A stretch of DNA of 64,000 nt from Lama guanicoe (Eukaryota): contig MU054187.1 in assembly GCA_013239625.1 (NCBI GenBank), positions 11,119,231 to 11,183,230 of the forward strand, written 5' to 3'. This document shows positions 1 to 11,905 of the stretch, in pieces; the first letter of the stretch is position 1, and each line of letters opens with the position of its first letter. A program made the translations under genes and the position numbers. The notes beneath the pieces were generated by a model. It had not been told where the DNA came from and did not search any database. It was given only the letters and a program-made list of their open reading frames with translations.

Positions 1-1200
1 GTTATTGATATAGCCTAGTAAACTGAAAAAAGAAAATAAGAGAACAAAATAGAGGTACACATTTACTCATATGATGAAAGGTCACGGTGTCAAAATAAAG
101 AACAGATGGGGTCCAAAGGAAATGGATAAACATCAAAAGCTGTAGGTCTAGAAGAAAAATGTAGCAAGCTGAATAAGAGCAGGAACAGGCATAGAATAAA
201 AGGTATCTGGGCAGTCTAAGAAAAATGTAGACATTTAAAAAAAAGAAGAATTAATATCAGGCTAAATTGATTCTGAAGAAATCTGTTTATTGATATATAT
301 TGATATACTTGAGAAGTTCTTGCCAAATGCAGAAAAAAGGGGCAATAATGGATATAATAGTAGAGATAACAGGAGATGAAAAATTAAATATAAGAAACTG
401 CTATTCCTAAAGAAAAGAAAATGAAACACGGCAGGTACAGCTCAGTGGCAGAGCATGTGCTTAGCATGCACGAGGTCCTGGGTCCAGTCACTAGTGCCAC
501 CATTAAAAAATAAATAAATAAACCTAATTACCTCCCCCCCAAAACAATCAAAGACATTTAAAAAAAAAGAAATTCATTTTAAAAAACATTTTTAAAAATA
601 ATTGAAAATGAAAACATAATCAGAGATATGTTTTTTAAAATGTTTTATTTTTGAACTAAAAATGTATAGTCCACAATATTTCATCAAAAAATAATTATCA
701 GAGTAAGAACTAGACATCCTGGAACTAGATGCCAGATGAAAACACTGTTCACAGAGATGTGAAGAGAAAAATCTTACAATTCAAGAATCCTGATTTCAGA
801 GGTTGTCACTCATGTTGAAAAATCTCAGCGACACAAGGGCCTAGAACTATAAAACACATTTACCCTTCCTTCACAATGAAGTACTCAGAAGTGTACCCAA
901 GGTAATGAAAAGATTAATCCAAATCAACACTCAGAAATAGGGAAAAGATGCTATGAAATGGCTGCTTGCTGTAACTGAGAACAAAGAAACATGTAGAGTT
1001 ATTGGAATAATTATTAAAGAATTTGAATATAAATTTGAAGGTAAATTTGAAAATGAAACTATCCCCAAAAAATTAATTAGGGGAAAAATGTTACCCTCAT
1101 TACTGCCTACCTTTTCATCAGAGTGTTCAATATCAGATTAAATCAGCATATGTGGGAAAGTGGATAAAGAAAAAGAGAAAATAGAGTGAGTTAAGCTAAA
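1..1200 (+). mobile_element. Highly decayed ancient L1/HAL1 ORF1-like remnant, interrupted by a SINE
   Basis: A-rich strand bias and degenerate ORF1-like segments; no intact ORF; weak recognition only. Confidence 0.35.
429..603 (+). mobile_element. tRNA-derived SINE, Vic-1-like (camelid)
   Basis: ggtacagctcagtggcagagcatgtgcttagcatgcacgaggtcctgggtccagtc head with A box and degenerate B box; A-rich tail; imperfect TSD gaaaatgaaa(a)ca at 417-428 and 604-616. Confidence 0.85.
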
Positions 1201-1235
1201 TGATTTCCCTTACATAAAGCAGATGAAAAATACAG

Positions 1236-1720
1236 GTATTTTATCACATTTTCTTTATCCATTCATATACGCATATGTATATACACACACACATATTTAT
1301 ACACTTATCAAATGGAATACTGTTCAACAATGGGGAAGAAGGAAGTTCTGCCATTTGCCACAACACGCGTGAAGTTTGAGGGCATTATGCTAAGTGAAGT
1401 AAGTCAGACAGAGAAAAACAAACACTGCGTGATCTCAGTTATATGTGGAATCTAAAGAGATGGAACTCATAAAGACAGAACAGACTGGAGGTTGCCAGAG
1501 GTAGAGGTACAGGGTGGAGTCAACGATGAAGCTGGTCAAAAGGTACAATCTTCCACTTTATAAGTTCTGGGTATAATGTACAGCATGGTGACTATAGTTA
1601 ATAATTTTCTATTGTATATCTGAAAACTGCTAAGAGTAGATCTTAAAAGTTCTCAACAAAGACAAAAATTTGTAACTATGTGAGGTGATGAATGTTAACT
1701 AAATTTATAGTAGTAATCAG
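1236..1720 (+). mobile_element. L1 3' fragment (ORF2 C-terminus plus 3'UTR, L1MA9-like) with short inverted 5' piece
   Basis: Translates to MEYCSTMGKKEVLPFATTRVKFEGIMLSEVSQTEKNKHCVISVICGI*; L1MA-type 3'UTR (aatgtacagcatggtgactatagttaataa). Confidence 0.85.
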
Positions 1721-1739
1721 AAAAAAAAGCCAAAGCAAT

Positions 1740-2468
1740 TGATTTAACCTAGAAAAAAAAGAAAAGACTATGAGTAAACTGAAAAAATAGATTAGAATAA
1801 CTCATCTAGACTAAAGTTTACAGAGGAAAATAAAGGATCAAAGGAAAAGAGCATATGAGAGAAACAGGATATGTTACAAAGGATCTATTTACAGCTTCAG
1901 TTCTAGAAGAAAAGCAAGAATGGAGTACAAGAAACATTTACTGATGAGGACGAGAATTTCCCACTACCTATGGGGAAATCAAGTCTAAGATTAAAAAGCA
2001 TATTCCAATAAGGATTTTTTTGGTAACGAGGGAAAAATAGCACATCAAACCATAACGGAGTAAACAAAAGTGAAAACAGAAGACAAGAAAAATTCTGACA
2101 GCAGCCTGAGAAAAACAGCATAGGACTGGCAAAAGAAAAATGATAAACAGCTGAAAACAGGAAAGAGAAAGAAAGAAAGAAAGAGAAAGAGAGAGAGAGA
2201 AAGAGAGAAAGAGAGAGAGAGAGAAAGAAAGAGAGAGAAAGAGAGAGAGAAAGAAAGAGAGAAAGAGAGAGAGAAAGAAAGAGAGAAAGAAAGAAAGAAA
2301 AGAAAGAAAGAAAGAAAGAGAAAGAGAGAGAGAAAGAGAGAAAGAGAGAAAGAGAGAGAGAAAGAGAGAAAGAGAGAGAGAGAAAGAAAGAGAGAGAAAG
2401 AGAGAGAGAAAGAAAGAGAGAAAGAGAGAGAGAAAGAAAGAGAGAAAGAAAGAGAAAGAAAGAAAGAA

Positions 2469-2525
<57 letters not shown>

Positions 2526-2720
2526 CGAGGATAAGAAAACAGTACCTTCAACGCACTGAAAGAAAACTCGCAACTGAGAATTTTATAGCTTGTGAAACTG
2601 TACCTCAAAAATGAAGGTGAAATAAAAATATTTTTAGACAAACCAAAGCAGAAAATTCATGACCATGAACCCACTGTAAAGGAAACACTGAAGAGTGTTC
2701 TTTAGTCAAAAGAAAACGGA
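1740..2720 (+). mobile_element. Decayed L1 ORF1 region interrupted by a purine microsatellite
   Basis: gagaatttccca (ENFP) and ...QLRIL*LVKLYLKNEGEIKIFLDKPKQK, matching the ORF1p C-terminal domain motif RILYPAKLSFKNEGEIKTFSDK. Confidence 0.75.
2159..2525. repeat. Complex (GAAA)n/(GA)n microsatellite, about 360 bp pure purine tract
   Basis: Directly visible; ends in GATA units. Confidence 0.97.
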
Positions 2721-3449
2721 TTCCATCTGGGTTTATCAGTAACGCAGGCATCATTAGAGTTATAATACAAACCAGTAAACTGTGATTTTATGACTTTCCT
2801 GTTACCTCTCACAATCTTTGCTTAAAAATTTGAATGCCATATCACTCAGAGCATAATGACACATGGCTGCTGCATCTTCTTGACAAATTTCATTTTTTAG
2901 TACTGTAAGTTATCACACTTAGCCCAACTGAATGCTTTTTCACTTAGAATTATATTTAATCAGTTATTGCTGTCACCACTCTAGATAATAATATAGCTTT
3001 TTTTTTTCGGTCCATTCTTTTTTGAGTATTTTTTCTGTGATAGGTGTCTAGTAATAAAAAAAAGCAGTGGATCTTTTAAACTGGATTTTTTAAATTGTGC
3101 CTTTTTCTGTGATGATTTAATTCATTCAATGCATTATGTTTACTAATATAATTGACTCTTGCCTGCCATTTCTCTGCATGTTTTCTACTTACTGTGTACA
3201 GTTTTTCTTTTCCTTCGGTAGTGATAGGAGCAAACTGATTTGTTAGTTCTAGGTCGTGAATCAACAAATTGATCAGCCAATCTGATCAGCCTTCTGTCAT
3301 CTCATAGATTAAAAACTACATATATGTACTATTTTTTTCCAGACGCTACCCATAATTTTTTACAAATGCATATTAATTTGTCTTTCATCATCAAGGATTA
3401 AGCTGTATCTACACTGTTCTCTTTTGAATCAAGACGTTCATTGTCTCAT

Positions 3450-4155
3450 TACCTACCCTCCCTGCCGTATTTTATTGAAATCAAATTGACATTTAGTTTC
3501 AGACTGGCTTTATCTACTTGCATTTACATAATGTTGCTACCACTTGGAAAATCTTTTCTTCCATTGTACTAAATTTTAGATTTACATTGGCAGAAATTGG
3601 TTAGATATTCATACAAGTTTTCTTCATTTTTTTCAAAGGTCTCTCCTCTTTCTTTTATTCACGTTCCTCTCACCGGATTCTGTTGTTGAATCATTTTGTT
3701 CAGAGACGGTGAGTATGGGTTTTCTAAGCACCAGTATCTCTGAAAGAGTATTTTATGTGTACGTACTGGTGTCTCTTGGCGCACTGAAGTCATCTTTTCT
3801 TTATCTTCCTGCGTTGTGAGTCTGATGAGGGTTTGTCTCACTCCACGGTTGAGAGCTTGCTGTTTGGATGTTCCTTTTATTCTCATAGTTCAGAAATTTC
3901 AGAGGTTTTCTTAGCACTTCATGTGAAGGTATGAGTCTTCCTTAAAGTTAGTGTAATTTTTTACATCTTGCCTTTGATGCATCTTTCCCCTAAATTTAAT
4001 TTTTTTGCCTTGTTCTGAAACTCCCTGTTAGGTTGATAACTAGACGTAGGTTTTCCACATCAGTATTCGGTGATCTGACCTTTTCTCTAGGACTTCTCTG
4101 ACGTTCTGCCTCTGCTTTCTGGGGGATACCCTTTTCTATCAATTTCTAATTCAGT
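3450..4155 (-). mobile_element. Ancient L1/HAL1 ORF1-like remnant, antisense; probably continues 4505-4800
   Basis: T-rich strand with degenerate antisense ORF1 motifs (ttctgaaactccctgttagg); split by the MLT1A0 insertion. Confidence 0.4.
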
Positions 4156-4158
4156 CCT

Positions 4159-4503
4159 TGTTTTGGTCATTTCAAGCTGCAGTTACAAAGTATAAACTGG
4201 GAGGCTTATAAACAACAGAAATTCATTTCTCAAAATTCTGGAGGCTGAATATTTGAGATCAGGGTGCCAGCATGTTCAGGGAAAGGTCGTTTTCTAGAGT
4301 GCAGACTGTTGACTTCTCCCTTTATCCTCACATGGCAGACAGCACAGTGGGGAAGGCTCTCTCGTGACTTTTACAAGTGTGCTAATCCCATTCAGGAGGG
4401 CTCCACCCTCACAACCTCATCTAATTCTGATTACTTTCCTAAAGGCCCTACCTCCTAATACTATCACATGTAAGCTTTAGAGGGACACATTTAGTCCTTA
4501 AGA
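4159..4503 (-). mobile_element. MaLR solo LTR, MLT1A0-like
   Basis: ggcttataaacaacagaaattcatttctc...ggaggctg...gagatcagggtgccagcatg and ctaatcccattcaggagggctccaccctc; 5-bp TSD gtcct/gtctt. Confidence 0.85.
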
Positions 4504-7500
4504 GTCTTCAACCATTGACTGTTACAATTCAGCCCTTTTGTTAAATTTTAGATTTTGACATTCACATTTTAATATCTAAGAAATATTTTGTAGTTGCCAA
4601 TTACTCCTTTTCACGGCAGTCTGTTCCTATGTGATGTATGTATAATCCTTTGTTTTTTTCTGATTGTAAGTATAAATTAGATTTTTTTATTCTATTTTTT
4701 TCTATTTTTGTTTTTGTTTTACTGTTACCTCTGTTTTGTTTAGTGTTAGTATTCTGATTCCACTTTTGTTTTTGTGTTTCACATGATTGGCTTGGAAGAA
4801 GTTTTCCGGCTATTTTACTCCTCTGCTTCCTGAGCTGTCTTTTCCTTCACCCTCTGCCAATAGCCCCATATTGAATTACTCTGGTAGAGACATCTTTGGA
4901 ATTATTGTCTCCAAGTTCAGCATTTTTCTGGAGCTTTGGTAGGAATCACTGATTTTTACCTCTAGAATGGTTGTCGCCTCCCTCCCTTCTCTCCCCCACC
5001 CCCTTTCTCTCTCTCTGCCCCGTTGATTTTAAGTTTATCTGCCTTTGATCTCTTTGGAACATCTCAATATTTCTGATCCAGTCACAATAATCTTATTTTT
5101 TCCCATTATGCCATGATTGTGGATAAATTTCTTTAATAAATATATATACTTACCTTAACTTTTTAACGGGCTTTTGGCAGTGAGAAATGAGAGGTAAAAT
5201 CACAAGAATTCAGGTGGTCAAGTTGAATCAGACTTGAACTGCTTTTTCTCAGAAAAGTCTTATCTACATTTCACTTTTAGAATAATACATGCAAACCTAA
5301 AGTATATTTGCCTCATTTCCTGGGATAATAAGTGTTTCTTTTACTGGTTAGTCTTGAGAGTCTAAGAAACAAAGCTAGAGACCTAAGATACACAGACCCT
5401 GGTTCATCTTGGGTGTTGGCAACTTTTACAAGAAAATATTGGAAGATTAAAAACTTGCTATCTGTAAGGTTTTGGGAGCCAAAAGTCATTTTTATTTATT
5501 TGTTTTCCTTTATGTGCCCAGCACTTAAGATAGTGTAAATGAATGTATGCTTTTGGAAAAGATATCTTTATAGTCAGTACATTTTAGTTTTAAAAAATAA
5601 TTTAAAAATTTTAGTTTAAAAAATGAATAGAAAAATATTTCTTCAGAAATAAATCAAAATACATAGTCTTTGGGATTTTCTTTCTCTTTGTTTGGTTTTA
5701 CTCTATTTCCCCAATATTTTTGGTGCAGTAAACTTCAGTTTAGAAGAAAGTTGAAACTTTTGGAAATGTCAAGTAAAATTAATGGTTATATACACTGCTG
5801 GTGGATATCTTTAGCATCAGTGCTACAGATTTCATCGTCATTCACATAATAACCTTGTGCAGGGAGAGTGACTTCGGGATTCATCAATACAGAGATACGC
5901 TGATTTGGAAGTCTGGGCAAATTATTTATTATTTGGAGTTTTGTGCAGCTGATCAGTGAGTGACAGGAAGTCTAGGCTTAATAGAAAGTACCAGCGAGGA
6001 ATCACTTGTCACCCTCATCCATCTTGTGCCTACTTCGTGGCATCCCCTTGTTAAATCACCTAATAGCCATTACCTCTGAGAGCAGAATTAAGTGACAGGA
6101 ATGATGATGCCACAAGCCCGGCCTGGTCAGGCAGGCAACCTCGTTCACATTTTCAATTTGTAGCCTTCTTGGAAGGAAGCAGCGGGACAGCGTTTTAGGT
6201 ACCAGTGCCTTGACACAAATTACCAGCCACGCTGCAACTCTCCCCTGTTGAAGTCTGCAGCATTTCAACTTCTCATTGTTTCGCTCCTAGTTAGCATTTT
6301 TACCTACAAGATACAAAAATCACGATTTTTCTTTAAGAAATGTAATTCTACCTCTGTGGTTTAAAGTGTTGTAAGAGAACCATGAACTAACATTTTTAAA
6401 ACAAAATGCAGCGGTCCCCGCACTACTGCTGTGACACTTAGCTCCATGTGTTATTTCCAGCTGGGCCTTAGTCATGTGTCCTGGGCTTTTTCCACAATAT
6501 CTTCTTTGAATTTCCATCAGCATTTATGTTATGCCTTTCTAATTATTTAATTTCTTGTCTTTCCCGCTAGCATTTTGTGTAAGGAAATTTCTCACAATAG
6601 ACAACATATACTCTAGCTTTGCAAAGAACCTGTACTCGGTACACGTGCGCTGAGTAACTGAATGAACGTTGGCCGGGTATTGGGGGTGGGGCAGGGCAGT
6701 GGCTTTTTTTTTTTTGCCTTAATGAAGAGATAGCGTGATTTAAGGATTTATATTTGGAAAGTATATCTGGAAATTTACAATAAACCAGCAACAATCAATT
6801 GCATAGTCACGTACAAAACTGTTAACGATGTGATTGGGCACAAATAAAGCAAAACCAATAACTGACTGTGAATGGGTGAATAAAAGGTGTGATTTTACTG
6901 TTTATAAAAGGAAGTCTTTGTTTCCAAAGCTCCAGATCTCCCCAACTAAATATCATCAAAACACTAGAGCACTCATCTGTTCTAAGTCCTCGTTCTTGGA
7001 AGGATTAATTAGTTATAAAATGGTACATTGATATTTTAAATACAGGAAAAACGCTGCACATCCGATGATGGTTTGTGGTGCTCTTTTTCAGCTCAAGAAA
7101 TAGCCTGTTTTTCTTAAAGTAGCTGGCCTTTGAAATCATATTTCGCCAGCCACAAATTGGTGTTAGTTTACATACAAGCCAGACGTCCAAGGCTGACTTC
7201 AGATGTTAACTATTGAAGGGTGAGTCAGTGGAAGCCCGCGTATAAGAACGCTATAATCAGAGCGAGTCACAGAGATCAGATTCTCTTTAGGAAAACCTCT
7301 GTCTCTTTATAATTTCTGTGAAACATTGTTTTGAGTAACCTTTGAAACCCTGGTGGGGAAAAAAACCAACCAGGCTTCAGCTGATATTTACAGCCCAATG
7401 GGATCCTTCATCCCAAGTGGAGTGTGTGTAATGAGTGGGTGTTTTCGGGGAGACAATGGAGGGAGTTCTTCACGTCTGTTTTACATCAGCTAATGTTGGC

Positions 7501-8759
7501 AGGTAATGCCCTTACTGCTGCCACTGTTTTGTTAAGAAGGAAGAATGCAGTGTAAATCCCCTTAAAATTAAAAATAAGGAACCAACCCTCACCCCCTAAC
7601 ATGAGTTCATTCCACTAAAATGACTTCTTTTAGAGGAGTTAAGGAAGGTTTCAGACCCATACCTTTCTCCACCCAATTACTGGAAGTCTTATTTTTTTTT
7701 CCCTCTGTGGGCTTCACGGTGACAGCCCTAGAGGTGGAGGTGGAGGTGAATGCCTTTTCTATAATCTGAGTAATGAATCATACCGGGTTTGTGAATAATG
7801 CCAAGGCCCAATACGAGACAGGCAAACAAGTCAAGGAAACCAGTGGGAAGAGAACGTTGACTGAATCAGACAAAATTATTTACTGTCAACGTGACAATCA
7901 AAGGCAGCTAGAACTCCAAGGTGCGAACACGCTGCCCCTAAACATTACAGTTAGACACTGAACCCAGCTCAGTTCCTTATATTTCTAAGTCAACATCCTT
8001 GCTCTGCTGCCTATTTGACTTTTGCAAGTGTTTGCCTACTTCCAATTAGAAGACCACACGTTCTTGCTGAAAGTACAAGAGGTAATAATCAATACCTTTT
8101 GGAGTGAAAAAATGAAATCTTGTCTATGGTAAGCTGCCATCCTAAAGCCACCTTTGAAGAATTCCAAAGACACAACAAAATAAGGCAATTGCCTTTCAAA
8201 ACAAATGCAATAACTTTCATCCAACTGATTTTAAATGGCTAAGAAAGGCCAATAATGACCTCTGAAGTAATTCAGAGTTTACAAACTGTAGGCAAGCATA
8301 TTTTGACGCTAAAATAAATGGTTAATTGCCTCTAAAATGTTATACAACAAAACCAGGGATATGTGCATTTTTTCCTTCATTTGAAACGTAGCCTTAAAAA
8401 GGCAACTCTGTTTTTAACTACTTAGCACACAGCAACTTTCTCTAATGATGATAAAATTAGAAAGTACATGCATGGAGGTAATCACCAATTTTTTTTCTGG
8501 TTTTCAGTTTGTTTTTTCCTAATTTTTGATAGATGATAAATTATCAAGCTTTCTTCGTTCTAGGTACCAGAAAGAACACGCAGAAATGGTCAAGAAGCCA
8601 AAGACAGAACATTAACCATTAACATTCCCTCTACGTCTTGCTCTCAGTTTGGGAGGCACTGCTATTATCCTAAAGGGGATATTTGCAGGTTAGTTTGTCT
8701 CACTTAGACCATCTCAGTTATCAGGATGGGAAGTCCTCTAGAACAAGCATCACTAACAA

Positions 8760-9018
8760 TGATTACCTCTTATTGGGCCCTTAATACGTTCAAGGTAAAA
8801 TATGAACAGTTAATGTATGTTGTTGCGTTTATTTATCATGTGGGATCCTAAGAAGTGGATCTTACTATTATCCTCAGTTGATGATAAAGAAATAGAATTA
8901 GAAATCCTATGTAAATTAGCCAAGAAAATAAAACAAGTTATGAAGTAAGAGATAAAGCAACGGTTCAAACTCAGGTCCATCCGATTCGGGGGCCCCCGGT
9001 TCTAACGACTACAATGTA
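8760..9018 (-). mobile_element. MIR SINE
   Basis: tactattatcctcagttgatgataaagaaa...aaattagccaag...ttcaaactcaggtc...ttctaacgactaca. Confidence 0.7.
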
Positions 9019-9719
9019 TTATCTGTATACCACTACAGTATTTGGCTGCTTGGGGTGAGCAAACAAAGTGAGGTACATGAAAGGAGTGTTCTCTGGACAC
9101 AGCATGTATTTGAGGAGATGAAGATAATCCAGTTTAACTAGAGTGAAAGTAATAGGTAATAATACATAGATAAAGAGAAAAAAGACAAAAGATACCTTGG
9201 TATCTAATGCAGAGGACTGTAAAATACTGGTCATCAATCATCTATCCATTTTTTTTCCCCAACCCCAAATATCTGAGTGTTGGTAACTACTCTCAGTCAC
9301 CACAGAGGACGTAAGGATGAGGCCAGTTGGGTCAGTGTCTGACCTGCCAGCACCAGGCCACAGGGGATAATTTGCTGACACCTTTTGAGGGAAATAAGAA
9401 AACTGTGAGCGAGAAACCATTTCTGAATGTGAAGTAAGTCGCCTCCACTAACAGGACACTAGATAAAAAGGAAGAGACAAACAAAGTTAATGAGTACAAA
9501 CAAGGCTGAATGAATTTAAGCATGAACAATACTGAGGACTCAGAGACAGCTGCAGGAAAGGGAACAAGTTAAAATAGAAATTATGTGCCAGTCAAGTAAT
9601 TGGGCTTAGAGAAATGCTAGAAAAAGATGAGTAATCAATTGTCATTTAGTTGTTCCTATAAAGACTTAAGAGCAGCTCTTAAAATGGAATAATTTCTGTG
9701 CTGTTTTAACCAAATTCTT

Positions 9720-9903
9720 TTTTTAATTAAAAATAAAATTTAAATTGAAGTATTGTCAGTTATAATGTGTCAATTTCTGGTGTACAGCCTAATGTCCCAG
9801 TCATGCATATATATATATATATGTGTGTGTATATATATATACACACATGATCCAGCAATCCCACTCCTGGGCATATATCTGGAAGGAACTCTAATTTGAA
9901 ACA
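9720..9903 (-). mobile_element. Short 5'-inverted (twin-primed) L1 insertion
   Basis: Antisense L1 3' end (9720-9830) joined to a sense ORF2 piece gatccagcaatcccactcctgggcatatatc (9846-9901); 16-bp TSD ttttaaccaa(a/t)ttctt at 9704-9719 and 9904-9919. Confidence 0.85.
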
Positions 9904-10089
9904 TTTTAACCAATTTCTTATTCATAAGAACCAAAATAAATAAAGAAGTGGACTGGAATTCATTGTTCCAATCAACAGGTCTGGAGTGAACCCTCCTCAG
10001 GGCACTGAGGGTGATGCTAAACTGACTCCTCCAGTAAGAGGGACAGGTCACCCTCCAGGGTGTAATGGAGACAATGTGGCAGACAGGGA

Positions 10090-10390
10090 GGGAGGGTAAG
10101 AGATGCTTGGAGTTGCTTGCCAAGACAACAGGAAGATGACGTTCGAGGGCTGATATTTGGGCTGTGCTTGGAGGAGAGAGCGAGATTGAAGAGAAGTAGA
10201 GGATAAGAGTGCTTCCAGGGAGAGGGAAGCAGTAAAGCCAGAACCACCAGAAAGGACAGATATTTTGAGTGAAACATAATTTTGAGAACATAAGTACATG
10301 TTGGGAGAAAGCAAGAGTCAAGGTTGGAAGCGTGTGGTAGGATTGATCTGGAAGAGCCTTAAATGCTAACTTAAGGAGTTTGGATTTCCC
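10090..10390 (-). mobile_element. L2 fragment
   Basis: gcttccagggagagggaagcag...gagccttaaatgctaacttaaggagtttggattt, typical antisense L2. Confidence 0.65.
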
Positions 10391-11352
10391 TTGGCAAATA
10401 ATTGCCTCAAGCCCTTTCTTAGAACCTGATGCGGAAGAGGCACGTTTCTTGGAGACCAGCAAAATGCCATTCAAGCTTGCAACTAATTACATTAACTGAA
10501 ACGTGCTTTTCAACTAAGGGCACAATTTTGAGTATTTTGATCTGCGTGAATGTGGGAAATTTAAATAGATCTCAGTTTATGACTGATTCTTAAAAACCTA
10601 GATTAGGTTTTTAAGAAACTTCAGTGTGAAAATACATTTATGAAGCCTGAAGTGTATTAATTAAATTCATTAAATTCAGTGTCATGTATGCATAGACTCA
10701 GTGAATGAAAAGAAAAACCCTTGATCATAAATGGATTCCTCCCCCTTCAAAAAAGGTGAAAGAATTTTTTTTCAGCCTAGTTCCAGGAAACTAGGATATG
10801 TTATTGAATAGCAGGAATCTCAACGTAAACACAAGTAAAGTTGTAACCCAAATTGGATTTTCACATAAGTGAAGAGAAAGCAGGCAGCTCTGTTTTAGAA
10901 GTGTCTCTGGGTACACGGAGGTGTTTCTGGGTGTGTGTGAATATTGTCACCCACACATAGCAGTATTTCTCCAAACCCTGGGATTATTTTATTATGTAAT
11001 AATCATCCTACTGCAGACAAACAGCACAAGGAAAATGGAAGCCAGATGTTCACACGAAGTCCAGGCAAGGAAAGATGTCCATAACCAATTATACTGACTT
11101 TATATATAAGAAAATATTAATTGTCCTCTGTAAGATAAGGCTCAAGTTTAATTGGCTTAAAAAATTATGTACCCATAAAATCCAAGAACCTAAACTAATT
11201 TTTCTGTATTATTTCTTTAATGAAACCATCAGCAGTATTATAATTTTAAATTTTATGCAGAAGCAATTGTTAGTTAACATTTTAAATTTATATTTCAGAT
11301 GTCATCTGAACTTTACAACAACCATTCTGTAGGCTAAAACTAGGGCTCCTAT

Positions 11353-11573
11353 GTTTGAGATTAACAGATGCACACTACTATACATAAAATAGGTAAATAA
11401 TAAAGTCCTACTGCCTAGCACAGGGATCTATATTCAATAGCTTGTAATAACCTATAATGAAAAAGAATATATACATATATGTAACTAAATCACTGTGCTG
11501 TCCACTAGAAACCAACACAACATTGTGAATCAACTATACTTCAATAAAAAATAAATCAAATAAAACAAAAAAT
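11353..11573 (+). mobile_element. L1 3'UTR fragment (cetartiodactyl-type) with A tail
   Basis: ctactgcctagcacagggatctatattcaatag...aatcaactatacttcaataaaaaa. Confidence 0.88.
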
Positions 11574-11734
11574 AGAGAAGAGCCCCAAAAAAGAAACACT
11601 GTATAATTTTAAATTAACGCCAACGTTAATAACACACATTGCCTGATTATTAATTATATATTATGTTATGTTCTTTATTATTCCGTGTGGCTGTGTCCCA
11701 GACTGGTGCTCTACCAAGCTGATTATCATATATC

Positions 11735-11905
11735 CATGTCTGAATTCTGCTTCAGCCCTTCATTAGCCTTGGGCAAATGACTTAACATTCCTCAGCTAAG
11801 TACTCCCCATCCAATAAAATAATTATAAACAATAATAGTCCTTTAGAGGTTGTCACGATAATCAGAGATGGTGGAATGTCCGACAGTAAATAATTGATAA
11901 GCACA
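11735..11905 (+). mobile_element. MIR SINE
   Basis: Core ccttgggcaaatgacttaac...cccatccaataaaat...agaggttgtcacgat. Confidence 0.7.

Noticed and set aside
429..503. tRNA gene (also at 54120-54211)
   Set aside because: A-rich tail, TSD and no full cloverleaf indicate a SINE
1968..2641. Two ~200-aa minus-strand ORFs rich in S/L/F
   Set aside because: Stop-free translation of the (TTTC)n/(TC)n microsatellite
9770..10474. Longest ORF in the window (234 aa)
   Set aside because: Runs across L2 and L1 fragments and a TA/TG repeat; no recognisable domain
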